From contig CBDCCZ010000049.1 in NCBI GenBank assembly GCA_965215005.1, positions 160,001 to 224,000 on the forward strand: a stretch of 64,000 nucleotides of DNA. The letters are read 5' to 3'. Of the stretch, positions 30,589 to 40,986 are shown in pieces; within the stretch, counting starts at the first letter, position 1, and each line of letters begins with the position of its first letter. This DNA comes from Kofleriaceae bacterium. Lineage in GTDB: Bacteria; Myxococcota_A; Polyangia; Haliangiales; Haliangiaceae. The notes under the pieces were generated by a model. That model saw nothing but the letters and a program-made list of their open reading frames with translations, did no database searches and was not told where the DNA came from. The translations under genes were made by a program, and so were the position numbers.

Positions 30589-33500
30589 CCGCTCCTGCCG
30601 ACGGACCTTGCGCCGGAGCACAGCGTATTTCCAGATGGCAAATATCGCCGGATAGACAGTGAGCTCCAGCAGAAACGACGTCGCCAGGCCGCCCACCATC
30701 GGAGCCGCGATGCGCTTCATCACGTCGGCTCCGGTCCCAGTGCTCCACAGCACCGGGATCAAGCCGATCGAGGTGGTAGCGACGGTCATGAGCTTGGGAC
30801 GAATGCGTTTAGCGGCTCCCTCGACGATGGCTTCCTCGAGCTCGGCGAACGAGCGCAGTCTGCCGGCGCGCTCGAAGCGGTCATGCGACAACGTCAGGTA
30901 GAGCAACATGACCACGCCAGTTTCGGCATCGAGCCCGGCGAGTGCGATGAGCCCCACCCACACCGCAATGCTCATGTTGTAGTCCAGAAGATATAGAAGC
31001 CATATGGCACCGATTAGCGAGAACGGCACCGCGAGCATTACAATGGCGGTCTCGATGACCGAGCGGGTATTCCAGTAAAGCAACAAGATCACCAGCGCCA
31101 ACGTGAGTGGAACCACGATAGAGAGCTTCTCCTGAGCGCGCTGGAGATACTTGAATTGGCCGGCCCAGCCGAGACGAATTCCGCTGGGCAGCTCCACCTG
31201 GTCGGCGACCACCCGCTTGGCGTCTTCCACATAGTCGGCGATAGGCCTGTCGGTGTCGACGAAGACGAAGCCAACCAGTTGCCCGTCTTCACTGCGGACC
31301 ATTGGCGGTCCCGTCTCGAACTCGATGGTTGCGACTTGCCCGATGGGAATCTGTGCGCCCGACGGCGTAGCGATCAAGATCTTGTCGAGCAGGCTCGGGT
31401 CATCGCGGAATTCGCGCGCGTATCGCACGTTGATCGGATAGCGTTCGCGCCCTTCGACGGTTTCCGAGATGTTCATACCGCCAATGGCACTCATAACGAC
31501 TTCGTTGACATCGTCGATGCGCAAGCCGTAGCGGGCCGCCTCGGCGCGATTAACCTCAAAGTCGACGTAAAAGCCGCCGGTGGAACGCTCGGCAAACGCG
31601 CTGCGGGTTCCGGGAATGGTCGAAACGGCTGTTTCGATGGCGACAGCGGTGCGCTCGATGGTCGCGAGATCATCACCAAAGACCTGAATACCCAGTGGAC
31701 TGCGAATCCCGGTGGCGAGCATCTCCGTGCGGGTTTGGATGGGCATCCACCAGATGTTTGGCATGCCGGGAAACTGCAGCGCCTCATCCATCTCAGCAAT
31801 CAAGTCGTTCCAGGTGAGCCCTTCACGCCACTGATCGCGCGGCTTTAGCACGATGGTCGTCTCTGCCATGCCGAGCGGCGCCGGATCGGTCGCGGTGCGC
31901 GCCCTGCCCATCTTGCCGAATACCGACTCGACCTCGGGGAACTCCATGAGCTTGGCATCCATGGCCTGCAGCACCTTGGAAGCCTCCGCGACGCTCATTC
32001 CCGGCGGTGCCGTGGGCATGTACAGAATGGCGCCCTCATTGAGGGGGGGCATGAACTCGCTGCCGAGCCGCAGGTAGGCGGGAACCGTGAAGATCATCGC
32101 AATGACAGCGACGAGCACCACCAACCAGCGATGCTCGACGACGAAGCGCACCACCGGCGTATAGACCCAGATGAGAAACCGATTGAGCGGATTCTTCTCT
32201 TCTTTGAGGATCTTTCCGCGAATGAAGATGGCTGCGAGAGCTGGAGTGAGCGTAACTGCCAACACCGCCGAAAAGCCCATCGAGTAGGTCTTCGTGAACG
32301 CCAGCGGCTTGAACAGCCGACCTTCTGTGGCTTCTAGCGTGAAGACAGGCAAGAACGAGACAGTGATGACGAGCAGCGAAAAGAAGATCGAAGGCCCCAC
32401 CTCCTGCATCGCAGCGATGACCGTACTCAGCCGCTCACCCGGCCGCCCCTCTTCATCCCACTCTTCAAGCTTCTTGTGTATGTTCTCGATGAGGATGATC
32501 GATGCATCCACCATGGCGCCGATGGCTACAGCGATGCCCCCAAGCGACATAATATTGGCGGTGAGCCCTTGATAGAGCATCGGAATGAAGGCCAGCAGCA
32601 CCGCCAGTGGCAGCGTGAGAATGGGCACGAGCGCGCTGCGCACGTGCAGCAAGAATAGAAAGATGACCACACTCACCACCAGCATTTCCTCGGTGAGGGT
32701 GTGCCGAAGGGTGGCAATTGCGTCTTTGATCAAACCGGAACGGTCATAGGTAACCTCAAGCTCCACACCCTCAGGAAGGCCTGCTTTCACCTGTTCCAGC
32801 CGCTCCTTGACCGCGTCGATGACGCTGAGGGCATTCTCTCCGTATCGCATGATGACGATGCCCCCCACCGCTTCGCCCTCCCCGTTGAGCTCGGCCACTC
32901 CGCGTCGCAAGTCGGGCCCCAAGCTCACGACCGCGACGTCGCCAACCGTCACCGCAGTGCCCTCGCCTCCTAGCTTCAGCGGAATCTCCTCGAGATCCGC
33001 TTTGCTGCGCACGTACCCGCGGCCGCGGATCATCTGCTCGTGCCCAGCAATTTCGATGACGCGTCCCCCGACGTCTTCATTGGACGCGCGAACCGCACCG
33101 ATGACATCGCCAATGCTCAGGCCATAGGCCAAGAGTCGATTAGGGTCGAGCTGAATCTGGTATTGCTTAACGAAACCACCAATCGATGCCACCTCAGCGA
33201 CGCCGGGCAACGCTTCAAGTGCGAAGCGAATGTTGTAATCCTGAAGTGATCGCAGCTCGGCCAGATCGTGGCGGCCGGTGCGATCCACTAGCGCGTACTG
33301 AAATACCCAACCAACGCCGGTGGCATCTGGCCCGAGCGTTGGCGTGACTCCCGCGGGCAGCTCCGCCTGCGCACTCGAGAGATATTCGAGCACCCGGCTG
33401 CGAGCCCAATAAATATCCGTTCCATCTTCGAAGATGACGTATACGAACGACAGTCCAAAGAAGGACTGCCCGCGGACAAACTTCACCTCCGGCGCAGCGA

Positions 33501-33750
33501 GAAGTGAGGTGGAGATGGGATAGGTGATCTGATCTTCGACCAAGTCAGGACTGCGGCCGGGCCACTCGGTAAACACGATGACCTGCGTCTCCGAGAGATC
33601 GGGAATGGCATCTACCGGCGTCTGCCGCAGCGCAAAATAGCCCCAACCCGCGAGCCCAGCGACCAGCAGAATGGTCATGAGCGGGCGCCGCGCCGAGGCG
33701 CCGATCAGTTGGGCGATCAACCCATGCTGCGCGCCCTCAGTTGGCTTCAT
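30568..33750 (-). CDS. cusA: Cu/Ag RND efflux permease, CusA type
   Basis: PVDAIPDLSETQVIV, LGPDATGVGWV, AIGAMVDA; Met sites FMPPLNEG, PLGMAET, WMPIQTR. Confidence 0.96.
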   Translation of the reverse strand: MKPTEGAQHGLIAQLIGASARRPLMTILLVAGLAGWGYFALRQTPVDAIPDLSETQVIVFTEWPGRSPDLVEDQITYPISTSLLAAPEVKFVRGQSFFGLSFVYVIFEDGTDIYWARSRVLEYLSSAQAELPAGVTPTLGPDATGVGWVFQYALVDRTGRHDLAELRSLQDYNIRFALEALPGVAEVASIGGFVKQYQIQLDPNRLLAYGLSIGDVIGAVRASNEDVGGRVIEIAGHEQMIRGRGYVRSKADLEEIPLKLGGEGTAVTVGDVAVVSLGPDLRRGVAELNGEGEAVGGIVIMRYGENALSVIDAVKERLEQVKAGLPEGVELEVTYDRSGLIKDAIATLRHTLTEEMLVVSVVIFLFLLHVRSALVPILTLPLAVLLAFIPMLYQGLTANIMSLGGIAVAIGAMVDASIILIENIHKKLEEWDEEGRPGERLSTVIAAMQEVGPSIFFSLLVITVSFLPVFTLEATEGRLFKPLAFTKTYSMGFSAVLAVTLTPALAAIFIRGKILKEEKNPLNRFLIWVYTPVVRFVVEHRWLVVLVAVIAMIFTVPAYLRLGSEFMPPLNEGAILYMPTAPPGMSVAEASKVLQAMDAKLMEFPEVESVFGKMGRARTATDPAPLGMAETTIVLKPRDQWREGLTWNDLIAEMDEALQFPGMPNIWWMPIQTRTEMLATGIRSPLGIQVFGDDLATIERTAVAIETAVSTIPGTRSAFAERSTGGFYVDFEVNRAEAARYGLRIDDVNEVVMSAIGGMNISETVEGRERYPINVRYAREFRDDPSLLDKILIATPSGAQIPIGQVATIEFETGPPMVRSEDGQLVGFVFVDTDRPIADYVEDAKRVVADQVELPSGIRLGWAGQFKYLQRAQEKLSIVVPLTLALVILLLYWNTRSVIETAIVMLAVPFSLIGAIWLLYLLDYNMSIAVWVGLIALAGLDAETGVVMLLYLTLSHDRFERAGRLRSFAELEEAIVEGAAKRIRPKLMTVATTSIGLIPVLWSTGTGADVMKRIAAPMVGGLATSFLLELTVYPAIFAIWKYAVLRRKVRRQERSGEPSA

Positions 33751-35590
33751 CGCCGCCTCCTGCATGGTCCCAAATCCCAGAGGCGGACTTGAGACGGCTC
33801 TCGGAAGCCAAGAGGAAGTTGCCCGACGTTACGACCTGCTCCCCCGCCTCCAAGCCCTCTAGCACCTCATACGAGTCGCCGATTCGCGCTCCAAGCTCCA
33901 CCACCCGCGGCTCCAGGCGCCCTTCACCGAGCTCGACGAACACCACTCGCCTCGGTCCCGTATAAATAACCGCCGCCTCCGGGACGACCAATCGTTCCCC
34001 GCGCTCGGCCTCGAGCACCACGTTGGCGTACATCTCGGGCCGCAGCTCGAGCTCAGGATTTGCCAGCTCTACGCGCACCACACCGGTCCGCGTGCGCTCC
34101 TGCAAAGCCGGATAGATGTAGTCGACCTTGCCGGCATAGACGCGACCCGGCACGTAGGGCAGCGTCACCTTTGCCGGCTGGCCTTGCCGAACGTAAGGCA
34201 GGTCCGATTCATACACTTGTGCCTCAATCCAAACCCGGTCGAGAGCCGCGATGCGATACACCTGCGCACCCGCTTGCACCTGCGCACCTTCCACGATGTT
34301 CTTTTCGATGATGTAGCCGGTTGCCGGCGCCAGCACCGGCACGTTCTCCCAAGCCTCGCCGCGGCGCGCCAGCGCCTCGAGCTGCGAGGGCGGCATACCG
34401 AGCAAACGCAGTCGCGACCGTGACGACTGCACGAGGGACTCCGTGGTTGCGCGCAGCGTGGTGCTGGTCTCTGGCGCATTGCGAGCGGAGCGCAGCGCGT
34501 TGAGGTACTCGAGCTGTGCCGCGTAGAGCTCAGGACTATACAGCGTGAACAGAACTTGTCCCTTGCGCACGCGTTGCCCGGTCTCGTCAGCGTGAAGCTG
34601 CTCGACCCAACCACTCATTCGCAAGCTCACATCGTGAAGCGTCGATTCATCGTACTTCACCTCCCCCACCGCGCGAATCGGCAGCACCATGCTCTCGCGC
34701 TGCACTGGAGCCAGCTTGACGCCAATCCGCTGACGGCGTTCTTCATCGATTAGCAGGGTCCCCGTCTCGAGCTCCTGCTCGGTGACGGGTACGAGGTCCA
34801 TACCGCAAATGGGGCACGTTCCCGGGGTTTCTTGCTTGACCGATGGATGCATGCTGCACGTGTAATAGGCAACTTCATCACCGCCGCCGTGTTCGACGAC
34901 CGCGCCTGGCTGCTCGACCTCCCACTCGCTGCGCGAGCCGCACGTGAGCATCTGCGCCCCCATGTAAGGATTGGCAAGCTCTGCCGTGGGCTGAATCCAT
35001 TTGTTGAAGTTCTCCACCATAGGACACTCAAAGATGAAGCGGCCTTCGGCGAGCCGCGGGTCGGCCTCGGCGAGCGCAATCAAGAACTTGCTCAGCGATC
35101 CAAAGATCTGCCGAAGCGTTGCCAGATCTTCTTCATTGGCCAAGCCTTCTGCGGCCTCGGCCGCGCTCGTGAGGACGTCGGCGCCGGCCCCGTCGGTCAG
35201 CTCTGCCGCATCTCGCAGGGTCGCCGCCATGGCCCGCGCGTGCGGGTCGAGACCGTCGACGCGATCTGCCGCGAGAAGCGCGCGTGCTTGCTCATAGGCA
35301 GCCAACGCCAGCTGCACCTTGGCAAGGACTGGTGCCGGCAGCTGTTGCACCTCGAGAGCTGGAACCGGCGGTCCTCGCAGCGGCTCGGTCTCGGCGGCAG
35401 CGCTTGCCGCTGACGATGATGGCGTCGACTCATGCGAGGCATGCGGCGAGGTTGCCGTGGTGTTCTTCGCGCCGAAGAACCAGGCTACTAGCGGGTTCCA
35501 AAACACCACCACGGCCAAGAGCGCCGCGAGGGCCAGAATGGCCGGCACAAGCCACCTCTTGTGCCGTTGCAAACCTTGTGGTGTCTTCAT
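33737..35590 (-). CDS. cusB: CusB-like membrane fusion protein with DUF3347-like and heavy-metal-binding domains
   Basis: FECPM...WIQ...NPYMG...CG; YTCSMHP...CPICGMDL; LYSPEL, LRPEMYA; ATG at 35590 overlaps the upstream stop. Confidence 0.9.
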   Translation of the reverse strand: MKTPQGLQRHKRWLVPAILALAALLAVVVFWNPLVAWFFGAKNTTATSPHASHESTPSSSAASAAAETEPLRGPPVPALEVQQLPAPVLAKVQLALAAYEQARALLAADRVDGLDPHARAMAATLRDAAELTDGAGADVLTSAAEAAEGLANEEDLATLRQIFGSLSKFLIALAEADPRLAEGRFIFECPMVENFNKWIQPTAELANPYMGAQMLTCGSRSEWEVEQPGAVVEHGGGDEVAYYTCSMHPSVKQETPGTCPICGMDLVPVTEQELETGTLLIDEERRQRIGVKLAPVQRESMVLPIRAVGEVKYDESTLHDVSLRMSGWVEQLHADETGQRVRKGQVLFTLYSPELYAAQLEYLNALRSARNAPETSTTLRATTESLVQSSRSRLRLLGMPPSQLEALARRGEAWENVPVLAPATGYIIEKNIVEGAQVQAGAQVYRIAALDRVWIEAQVYESDLPYVRQGQPAKVTLPYVPGRVYAGKVDYIYPALQERTRTGVVRVELANPELELRPEMYANVVLEAERGERLVVPEAAVIYTGPRRVVFVELGEGRLEPRVVELGARIGDSYEVLEGLEAGEQVVTSGNFLLASESRLKSASGIWDHAGGGDEAN

Positions 35591-36960
35591 GGCGTTCCCT
35601 CGTCTGCGGCCAGGCCTGGGATATCGCCCACCGAGCGGGAAAGCTCGGCGCGGCGTTGCCCAAACATCGCCAAGGAATCTTCGTAAGCCAACTCCAGCGA
35701 GCGCAGCGAGCGCTCCGCGTCGACCAGCGACTGAAAGCTCCCGCGCCCCGTCGCATAGGCGATGCGCGATGCTTCGATTTGTGCGCGCGCGGTGGGCAGG
35801 AGTCGCTCGCGGTAGAGCCGCAGCACCTCTTGCGCCTCGATGAGCGCCTGCCGGGCGCGCTCGACCTCCGCGCGAATCTGGGCTTCCGCCGCCTGTCGCT
35901 CTGCGCGTGACTGCGCTACGCGCGCCGTTGCCCCTTCGATTGCCGCGCGGGTCGCCCCCAGCTGGATCGGAACATTGAGCGAGGCGCCGACCATCCACTG
36001 ATGCTCGGGCATCCGCCACATCGAGTTGTATGAGCCCATCACCGCCACATCTGGGTAGTACTGCCGCTCCGCCAGCTCGACCGCCGAGCTTTGGCCGCGC
36101 AGCCGCGCCTCGCTTGCCTCGAGCTCAGGGCGCTGCTCGAGCGCGCGCGCTTGCAACACGCCGCTGTCGGGCAAATCGACAAGTTCCGGCTCGAGCGCTT
36201 GCGGCGGCGGTGGCAGCGACCGCTGGGGAGGGCGATGAAGCAGCTCGTTCATCTGCGCGCGAAGGACGTCGCGACGAGCCGTTAGCGCGACGCGTTGCCG
36301 CACGATATGGCCGAGCTCGAGCTCCGCTTGCAGCGGCTCCTGCTGCGATACGGTGCCGGCCAAATATTGCGCCTCGGCGGCCGCTTTGAGATCGACGAGC
36401 AGAACCTCGTGCTCATCGCTCAGCACCAGTGCCCTGCCCACAGCATAGTACTGGTCGAACAGCAGCGAGGCCATCAGCGCCAGGCGCAGCCGCGTAGCGC
36501 GATAGCTAGCTTGCGCGGCCTCGGCTTCGGCGAGCGCTACCTGCCCTTGCAACTCGAGCTTGCCCGGCCATGGAAAGCGTTGGCTAACCGTCACGCTGTG
36601 GCCAAAATCGACGTCGTCGGAGGCAATCGAGAGGGGCGCAAAGGTGTACTCCACCATCGGATCGGCCAGCGCCGTGGCCTGCGGAACTTGCGCGAGCGCT
36701 GCGCGCCATCCGTGACGTGCTGCCTCTATAGTTGGGTTGCGCTGCAGCACGGCTGCGACGAAGGCGGCCCTATCGAGATGCTCGAGCCGCTCGAGCTCCG
36801 CGAGGGCCGTCCCATCGTCTACGGCCGGCGGGCTCGCTGCGCCGAGCTGCGAGCGCATTTGCTCGTAGCGCGGCGTCGAGCCCGCACAACCAACACCAAG
36901 GAACACGATCCATAGCAACTGCGTTGGCACTCTCGTACCGACGCGACGTTCGACTCTCAT
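35587..36960 (-). CDS. TolC-family outer membrane efflux lipoprotein (CusC-like)
   Basis: LGVGC lipobox; SQRFPWPGKL, YYPD OEP motifs; first structural gene of the cus operon. Confidence 0.88.
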   Translation of the reverse strand: MRVERRVGTRVPTQLLWIVFLGVGCAGSTPRYEQMRSQLGAASPPAVDDGTALAELERLEHLDRAAFVAAVLQRNPTIEAARHGWRAALAQVPQATALADPMVEYTFAPLSIASDDVDFGHSVTVSQRFPWPGKLELQGQVALAEAEAAQASYRATRLRLALMASLLFDQYYAVGRALVLSDEHEVLLVDLKAAAEAQYLAGTVSQQEPLQAELELGHIVRQRVALTARRDVLRAQMNELLHRPPQRSLPPPPQALEPELVDLPDSGVLQARALEQRPELEASEARLRGQSSAVELAERQYYPDVAVMGSYNSMWRMPEHQWMVGASLNVPIQLGATRAAIEGATARVAQSRAERQAAEAQIRAEVERARQALIEAQEVLRLYRERLLPTARAQIEASRIAYATGRGSFQSLVDAERSLRSLELAYEDSLAMFGQRRAELSRSVGDIPGLAADEGTP

Positions 36961-37082
36961 TGATCTCTTCGCTCCTACGCGCGAGCCATCACAGAGCTGC
37001 GCGCGCAAGCGCAGCCCACTCCCAAGTCGCGGAAACTAATTTGTCCGCTCCTTGGCCTACGGCTGTGCAGAGCTCAGATCAG
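36961..37082 (-). promoter_or_regulatory. Predicted RNA structure sequestering the cusC-like Shine-Dalgarno
   Basis: Minus strand: TGATCT-GA-GCTCTGC across the leader stop can pair with GTAGGAGC-GAAG-AGATCA directly before the ATG; inner hairpins GCGGA/TCCGC and GCTGCGC/GCGCAGC. Confidence 0.5.
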
Positions 37083-37461
37083 AAAGGTGCAGTGCTTGAC
37101 GAACAACGGCAGCGCCGCAACCAAGGGCGGACCGCGCGCTCGGCGCGGCTGCGTCGCGTCGGCCATCACCAGCGGCTTCACCGTCGATGGCGTCGCCCAC
37201 CACGTCATCCAAATCGGAGCGCTCTGGCGATGCACCTCGGCCAGTAGCGCCGGCGCGTGCTCGACGTTGCCCACGCGAAGTTCGCAGCAGCGCGGGGCCC
37301 GCTCGACGGAAGCCGCATCTGTTGGCGAGGAGTTATCCACGCAGCAGCACGAGCCGTGCACCTGGCCGTCCATGCGGCACGCGTAGCTCACGCTTGTCGC
37401 GACCGTGGAGGTCACGAGGATGACGAGCGCCATCACGGCGGGGAGCAAACGCACGGACATG
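37074..37461 (-). CDS. Small secreted Cys-rich leader protein upstream of cusCBA with RARGPP motif
   Basis: Signal-like N-terminus; YACRM, CCC, CCE; RARGPP...HCTFLI C-terminus; start uncertain (37461-37484). Confidence 0.75.
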
Positions 37462-37626
37462 AGCCTAGTGACATGTACCATCAAAGCCTGCCCTCAGCCA
37501 GCCGCGGCTGCTGGTGGTGCACGGCGGCGCTTTCCTGCCACCCTTGCCACGGCGCGGGCAGCGCTGCGACTCCATGGGCGTCCTTGCCGGTGCCGCAGAC
37601 GGCGTGGTTAACTGCGCGCTTCCGCC

Positions 37627-38403
37627 GTGATCGGTGCACGTTTCATCCAGTCGCTTGGCAGCGCCGCCCTCGCGACGACGCGTGACACCGGCGGCATCGC
37701 AGTGCTTCTCGGGCAGGTCCTGCGGTCGCTGATTCCGCCGCGTATGGATCGCCGTGAGCTGGCTCGCAACCTTCACCGAATGGCGAATCGCTCGGTGCCG
37801 ATCATCGCCCTCACCGCGTTTTTCGTCGGTGGCTTGATGGTCATCCAGGCCGGCATCTTCGTGAAGCGCTTCAACGCGGCCGCACTGGTCGGCTGGGCGG
37901 CGGGCTTCGCGGTGTTTCGCGAGGTCGGCCCAATTTTGATTGCGCTCATGTTCTCGGGTCGGGTCGGCGCCAACAACACCGCTGAGCTTGCGACCATGAC
38001 CGTTACCGAGCAGCTCGATGGCCTGCGCGCGTTGGCGATCGAGCCCATTCAGTTTCTGATCGTTCCGCGGGTGGTCGCGATGGTGGTGGCGCTGTTTGCG
38101 CTCACCGTGTTCGGCGACCTAGTGGCGCTCGGTGGCGGATTGCTATTCTCCAAGCTGATCCTCGATGTCGAGCTGTCGACGTTCTACTTCAGCTTGGTGC
38201 AGAACCTAACGCCGTGGGACCTCCTGCACGGTCTCATCAAGTCAGCGGTGTTCGGCCTGTCGATCGCACTAACCAGCTGCTACTACGGCATCACGGTTCG
38301 GGGCGGCGCCGTCGGTGTGGGACGCGCGGTCAATGCGGCCGTGGTCGCCGCCGCAGTATCGATCATGCTCCTGGATTTCTTTCTCACCTATCTTCTCGGA
38401 TGA
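37627..38403 (+). CDS. mlaE: MlaE/YrbE family ABC permease
   Basis: [18 protein letters not shown]...[17 protein letters not shown]. Confidence 0.93.
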   Translation: MIGARFIQSLGSAALATTRDTGGIAVLLGQVLRSLIPPRMDRRELARNLHRMANRSVPIIALTAFFVGGLMVIQAGIFVKRFNAAALVGWAAGFAVFREVGPILIALMFSGRVGANNTAELATMTVTEQLDGLRALAIEPIQFLIVPRVVAMVVALFALTVFGDLVALGGGLLFSKLILDVELSTFYFSLVQNLTPWDLLHGLIKSAVFGLSIALTSCYYGITVRGGAVGVGRAVNAAVVAAAVSIMLLDFFLTYLLG

Positions 38404-39194
38404 GCGCGCGCGCCCATATCGAGCGCCTCGGCGGCGGTGCGATCGACAAGGCGACGGCCGGCTGGGAGCTATGGCAGGTGCTATCGACGGCAGCGACGGG
38501 CGTGCTCCGCGGCGGTAGGCCCGCCGGCGAGGTCGCTCGCCAGATGCATGTCATCGGCAACAAATCGCTGCTGTTCATCGCGGTGACGCTCGGCGCCATC
38601 GGCATGGTCATGATGTATCAGACCTGCCTGCAGATAAACCGCATCACCGGAGACCTCACCCAAGTCGGGCCCGAGTTCTTCAAGCTCGTGGTGCATCAGT
38701 TCGCCCCCAGTCTCACGGCGCTAATGCTCGCCACCCGCGTTGGAGCCGGCATTGCTGCCGAAATCGGCTCCATGAAGGTGACTGAGCAGATCGATGCGCT
38801 GCGCATGTCGGGGGTGCGACCGATCGATTACCTGATCGTTCCGCGGCTGATCGCCAGCGTCGTGATGACGGTGACACTCACCATCGTGGGAGCCGCCATC
38901 ACCTTCGCAGGTGCGGGAATCACCGCGTACTACTCGTACAACGTCAACCCGTCGCTGTTCTTCGTGGTCGACAAGGTCGGCTGGGCACACCTGGCGCTGG
39001 GGCTCACCAAGGCCACCTGCTACGGCGTCGCGATTCCGATCATCAGCGGCTTCTGCGGGCTGCGCGCGCGCGGCAGCTCCGAAGGTGTTGGTTTGGCCAC
39101 CACGTCGGCGGTCATTGGCTCTTCGTTCGCCATCATCTTCATCGATTTCTGTTTGTCGGCCGCCGCGCTTTTGCTGTTAGGGGATCGCCTTTGA
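38400..39194 (+). CDS. Second MlaE/YrbE family ABC permease
   Basis: [29 protein letters not shown] overlap with the upstream gene. Confidence 0.92.
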   Translation: MSARAHIERLGGGAIDKATAGWELWQVLSTAATGVLRGGRPAGEVARQMHVIGNKSLLFIAVTLGAIGMVMMYQTCLQINRITGDLTQVGPEFFKLVVHQFAPSLTALMLATRVGAGIAAEIGSMKVTEQIDALRMSGVRPIDYLIVPRLIASVVMTVTLTIVGAAITFAGAGITAYYSYNVNPSLFFVVDKVGWAHLALGLTKATCYGVAIPIISGFCGLRARGSSEGVGLATTSAVIGSSFAIIFIDFCLSAAALLLLGDRL

Positions 39195-39946
39195 GCATCG
39201 AGTTTCGCGGCGTTCGCAAGGCGTTCGGTCCCAAAGAGGTGCTTCGCGGCATCGATTTGCGCATCGAAGACGGCGAGGTGATGTTCATCATCGGCACCTC
39301 AGGCGTCGGCAAGTCGGTAACCATCAAGCACCTCATCGGTTTGCTTCGCATCGATGCTGGTGAGCTTTGGCATGACGGTGTGCGCATCGATCAACTGCGC
39401 GAACGGCAGCTTTACGCGGTTCGAAGACGCATCGGAATGGTCTTCCAGAGCTCGACATTGTTCGACTCGATGACGCTGCGAGAGAACGTCGCGCTGCCGC
39501 TGCGCAAACACCAACGCATGCGCTATGACGCCGCGCTTGCAGAAGCGTCGAATCGATTGGCGCAAGTGAACATGGAAGCCTTCGCCGATCGCTACCCCGC
39601 CGAGCTCTCTGACGGAATGCGCAAGCGCGCTGCGATCGCCCGAACCCTCACGCTAGAGCCCGAAGTGGTGCTATTTGACGAGCCGACCACGGGGCTCGAT
39701 CCGGTGAATGCACGCCGGATCGACCGCTTGATCCGCGAGCTCGCCGAGTCCCTTGGTGTCACCTGCATCGTGGTCTCCCACGACCTCGAGAGCATCTTCT
39801 CGATCGCCGATCGCATCGCCTTCATTTACCAGGGGCGGGTGCACGCGTGCGGCCGCCGCGACGAGCTCGCCGAGTCTACCGACCCGGTGGTGCAACAGTT
39901 CATCCGGGGGCGGTCAGACGGTCCCATGGAGACCCCGGGATTTTAG
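39191..39946 (+). CDS. mlaF: MlaF/Mkl family ABC ATPase
   Basis: Walker A GTSGVGKS, ELSDGMRKR, Walker B VVLFDEPTTGLDP. Confidence 0.93.
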   Translation: MSIEFRGVRKAFGPKEVLRGIDLRIEDGEVMFIIGTSGVGKSVTIKHLIGLLRIDAGELWHDGVRIDQLRERQLYAVRRRIGMVFQSSTLFDSMTLRENVALPLRKHQRMRYDAALAEASNRLAQVNMEAFADRYPAELSDGMRKRAAIARTLTLEPEVVLFDEPTTGLDPVNARRIDRLIRELAESLGVTCIVVSHDLESIFSIADRIAFIYQGRVHACGRRDELAESTDPVVQQFIRGRSDGPMETPGF

Positions 39947-39962
39947 CGACAAGGAGTTGCGA

Positions 39963-40979
39963 ATGCGTGACCGTGGACTCGAGCTCAAAGTCGGCCTCCT
40001 CATTCTCACCGCGGCCGGAATTCTGGCCGCGCTGATCTTCGCGCTCGGCAATTTCTCGCTCGGGGACGGCTTCCACCTGTACGTGGACTACGACTTCTCC
40101 GGCAACATCCAACCCGGCGCACCGGTAAAGGTTTCCGGGATCAAAGTCGGCAAAGTCGAAGAGGTGCGCTTCCTCGGCGGCCAGCTCGACGAGAAGACCG
40201 GCGAGCGGGTGCAGGTTCGGCTCGAAGTATGGGTGGAGGAGCGGGTGCGGGGCAGCCTGCGAAGCGATGCCGAGTTTTTCATCAACACCGCAGGCGTACT
40301 CGGCGAGCAGTACCTCGAGATCGTGCCGGGCAGCTATGATGCGCCCCCGCTCGAGCCCGGTGCCGTGGTTCGCGGCGTCGATCCGCCGCGCACCGACCTC
40401 ATCGTTTCGCGGCTCTACGACGTGCTCGACTCACTCTCACTGGTGCTCAAGGAAGATCGCGAGCTCATCCGCAACCTCATCGCCAACAGCGCCGGTGCCG
40501 TTGCCGAGCTCAACACCTTGCTCGTGGACAATCGGAAGCAGCTGGGCGAGCTCATCGCCGGGACCGGCAGCTTGGCCAAGGAAGCCAGCGTCACCCTCGG
40601 CAACGTCAACCGCGGAATCGGCGATCCGCGCGTCATCGCCAAGACCATGCGCGATGCCGACGAGCTGCTGGTGACCGCCAATCGCTCGATTAGTGAGCTC
40701 ACGCCGGAGGTGAAAGAGCTCGTCGGCGACGCCACGCGCGTCACTTCGATGCTCACGGAGGAGCGGGTCGACCGCGCACTCACCGTCGCGGATCGAGCGG
40801 CCGACGCGGCGGGTAAGGCCGGTGGACTGATCGACAACGTCGACGGCATGGTCACCGAGCTACGCGCCGGCAAAGGCACCGCTGGCGCCCTGCTGGTGAG
40901 CGATGAGGTCTACGCCGACCTGCGCGAGATGATTCGCGACCTCAAGCGCAACCCTTGGAAGTTCTTCTGGAAGGAATGA
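39963..40979 (+). CDS. MlaD/MCE family protein with helical extension
   Basis: ELKVG TM start; GAPVKVSGIKVGKV; GVLGEQYLEI; DLKRNPWKF end. Confidence 0.92.
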   Translation: MRDRGLELKVGLLILTAAGILAALIFALGNFSLGDGFHLYVDYDFSGNIQPGAPVKVSGIKVGKVEEVRFLGGQLDEKTGERVQVRLEVWVEERVRGSLRSDAEFFINTAGVLGEQYLEIVPGSYDAPPLEPGAVVRGVDPPRTDLIVSRLYDVLDSLSLVLKEDRELIRNLIANSAGAVAELNTLLVDNRKQLGELIAGTGSLAKEASVTLGNVNRGIGDPRVIAKTMRDADELLVTANRSISELTPEVKELVGDATRVTSMLTEERVDRALTVADRAADAAGKAGGLIDNVDGMVTELRAGKGTAGALLVSDEVYADLREMIRDLKRNPWKFFWKE

Positions 40980-40986
40980 GGGGTCG

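Noticed and set aside
35591..36019. N-terminal extension of the cusB ORF (760 aa)
   Set aside because: It overlaps the cusC-like gene in another frame; ATG 35590 with stop overlap is the plausible start.
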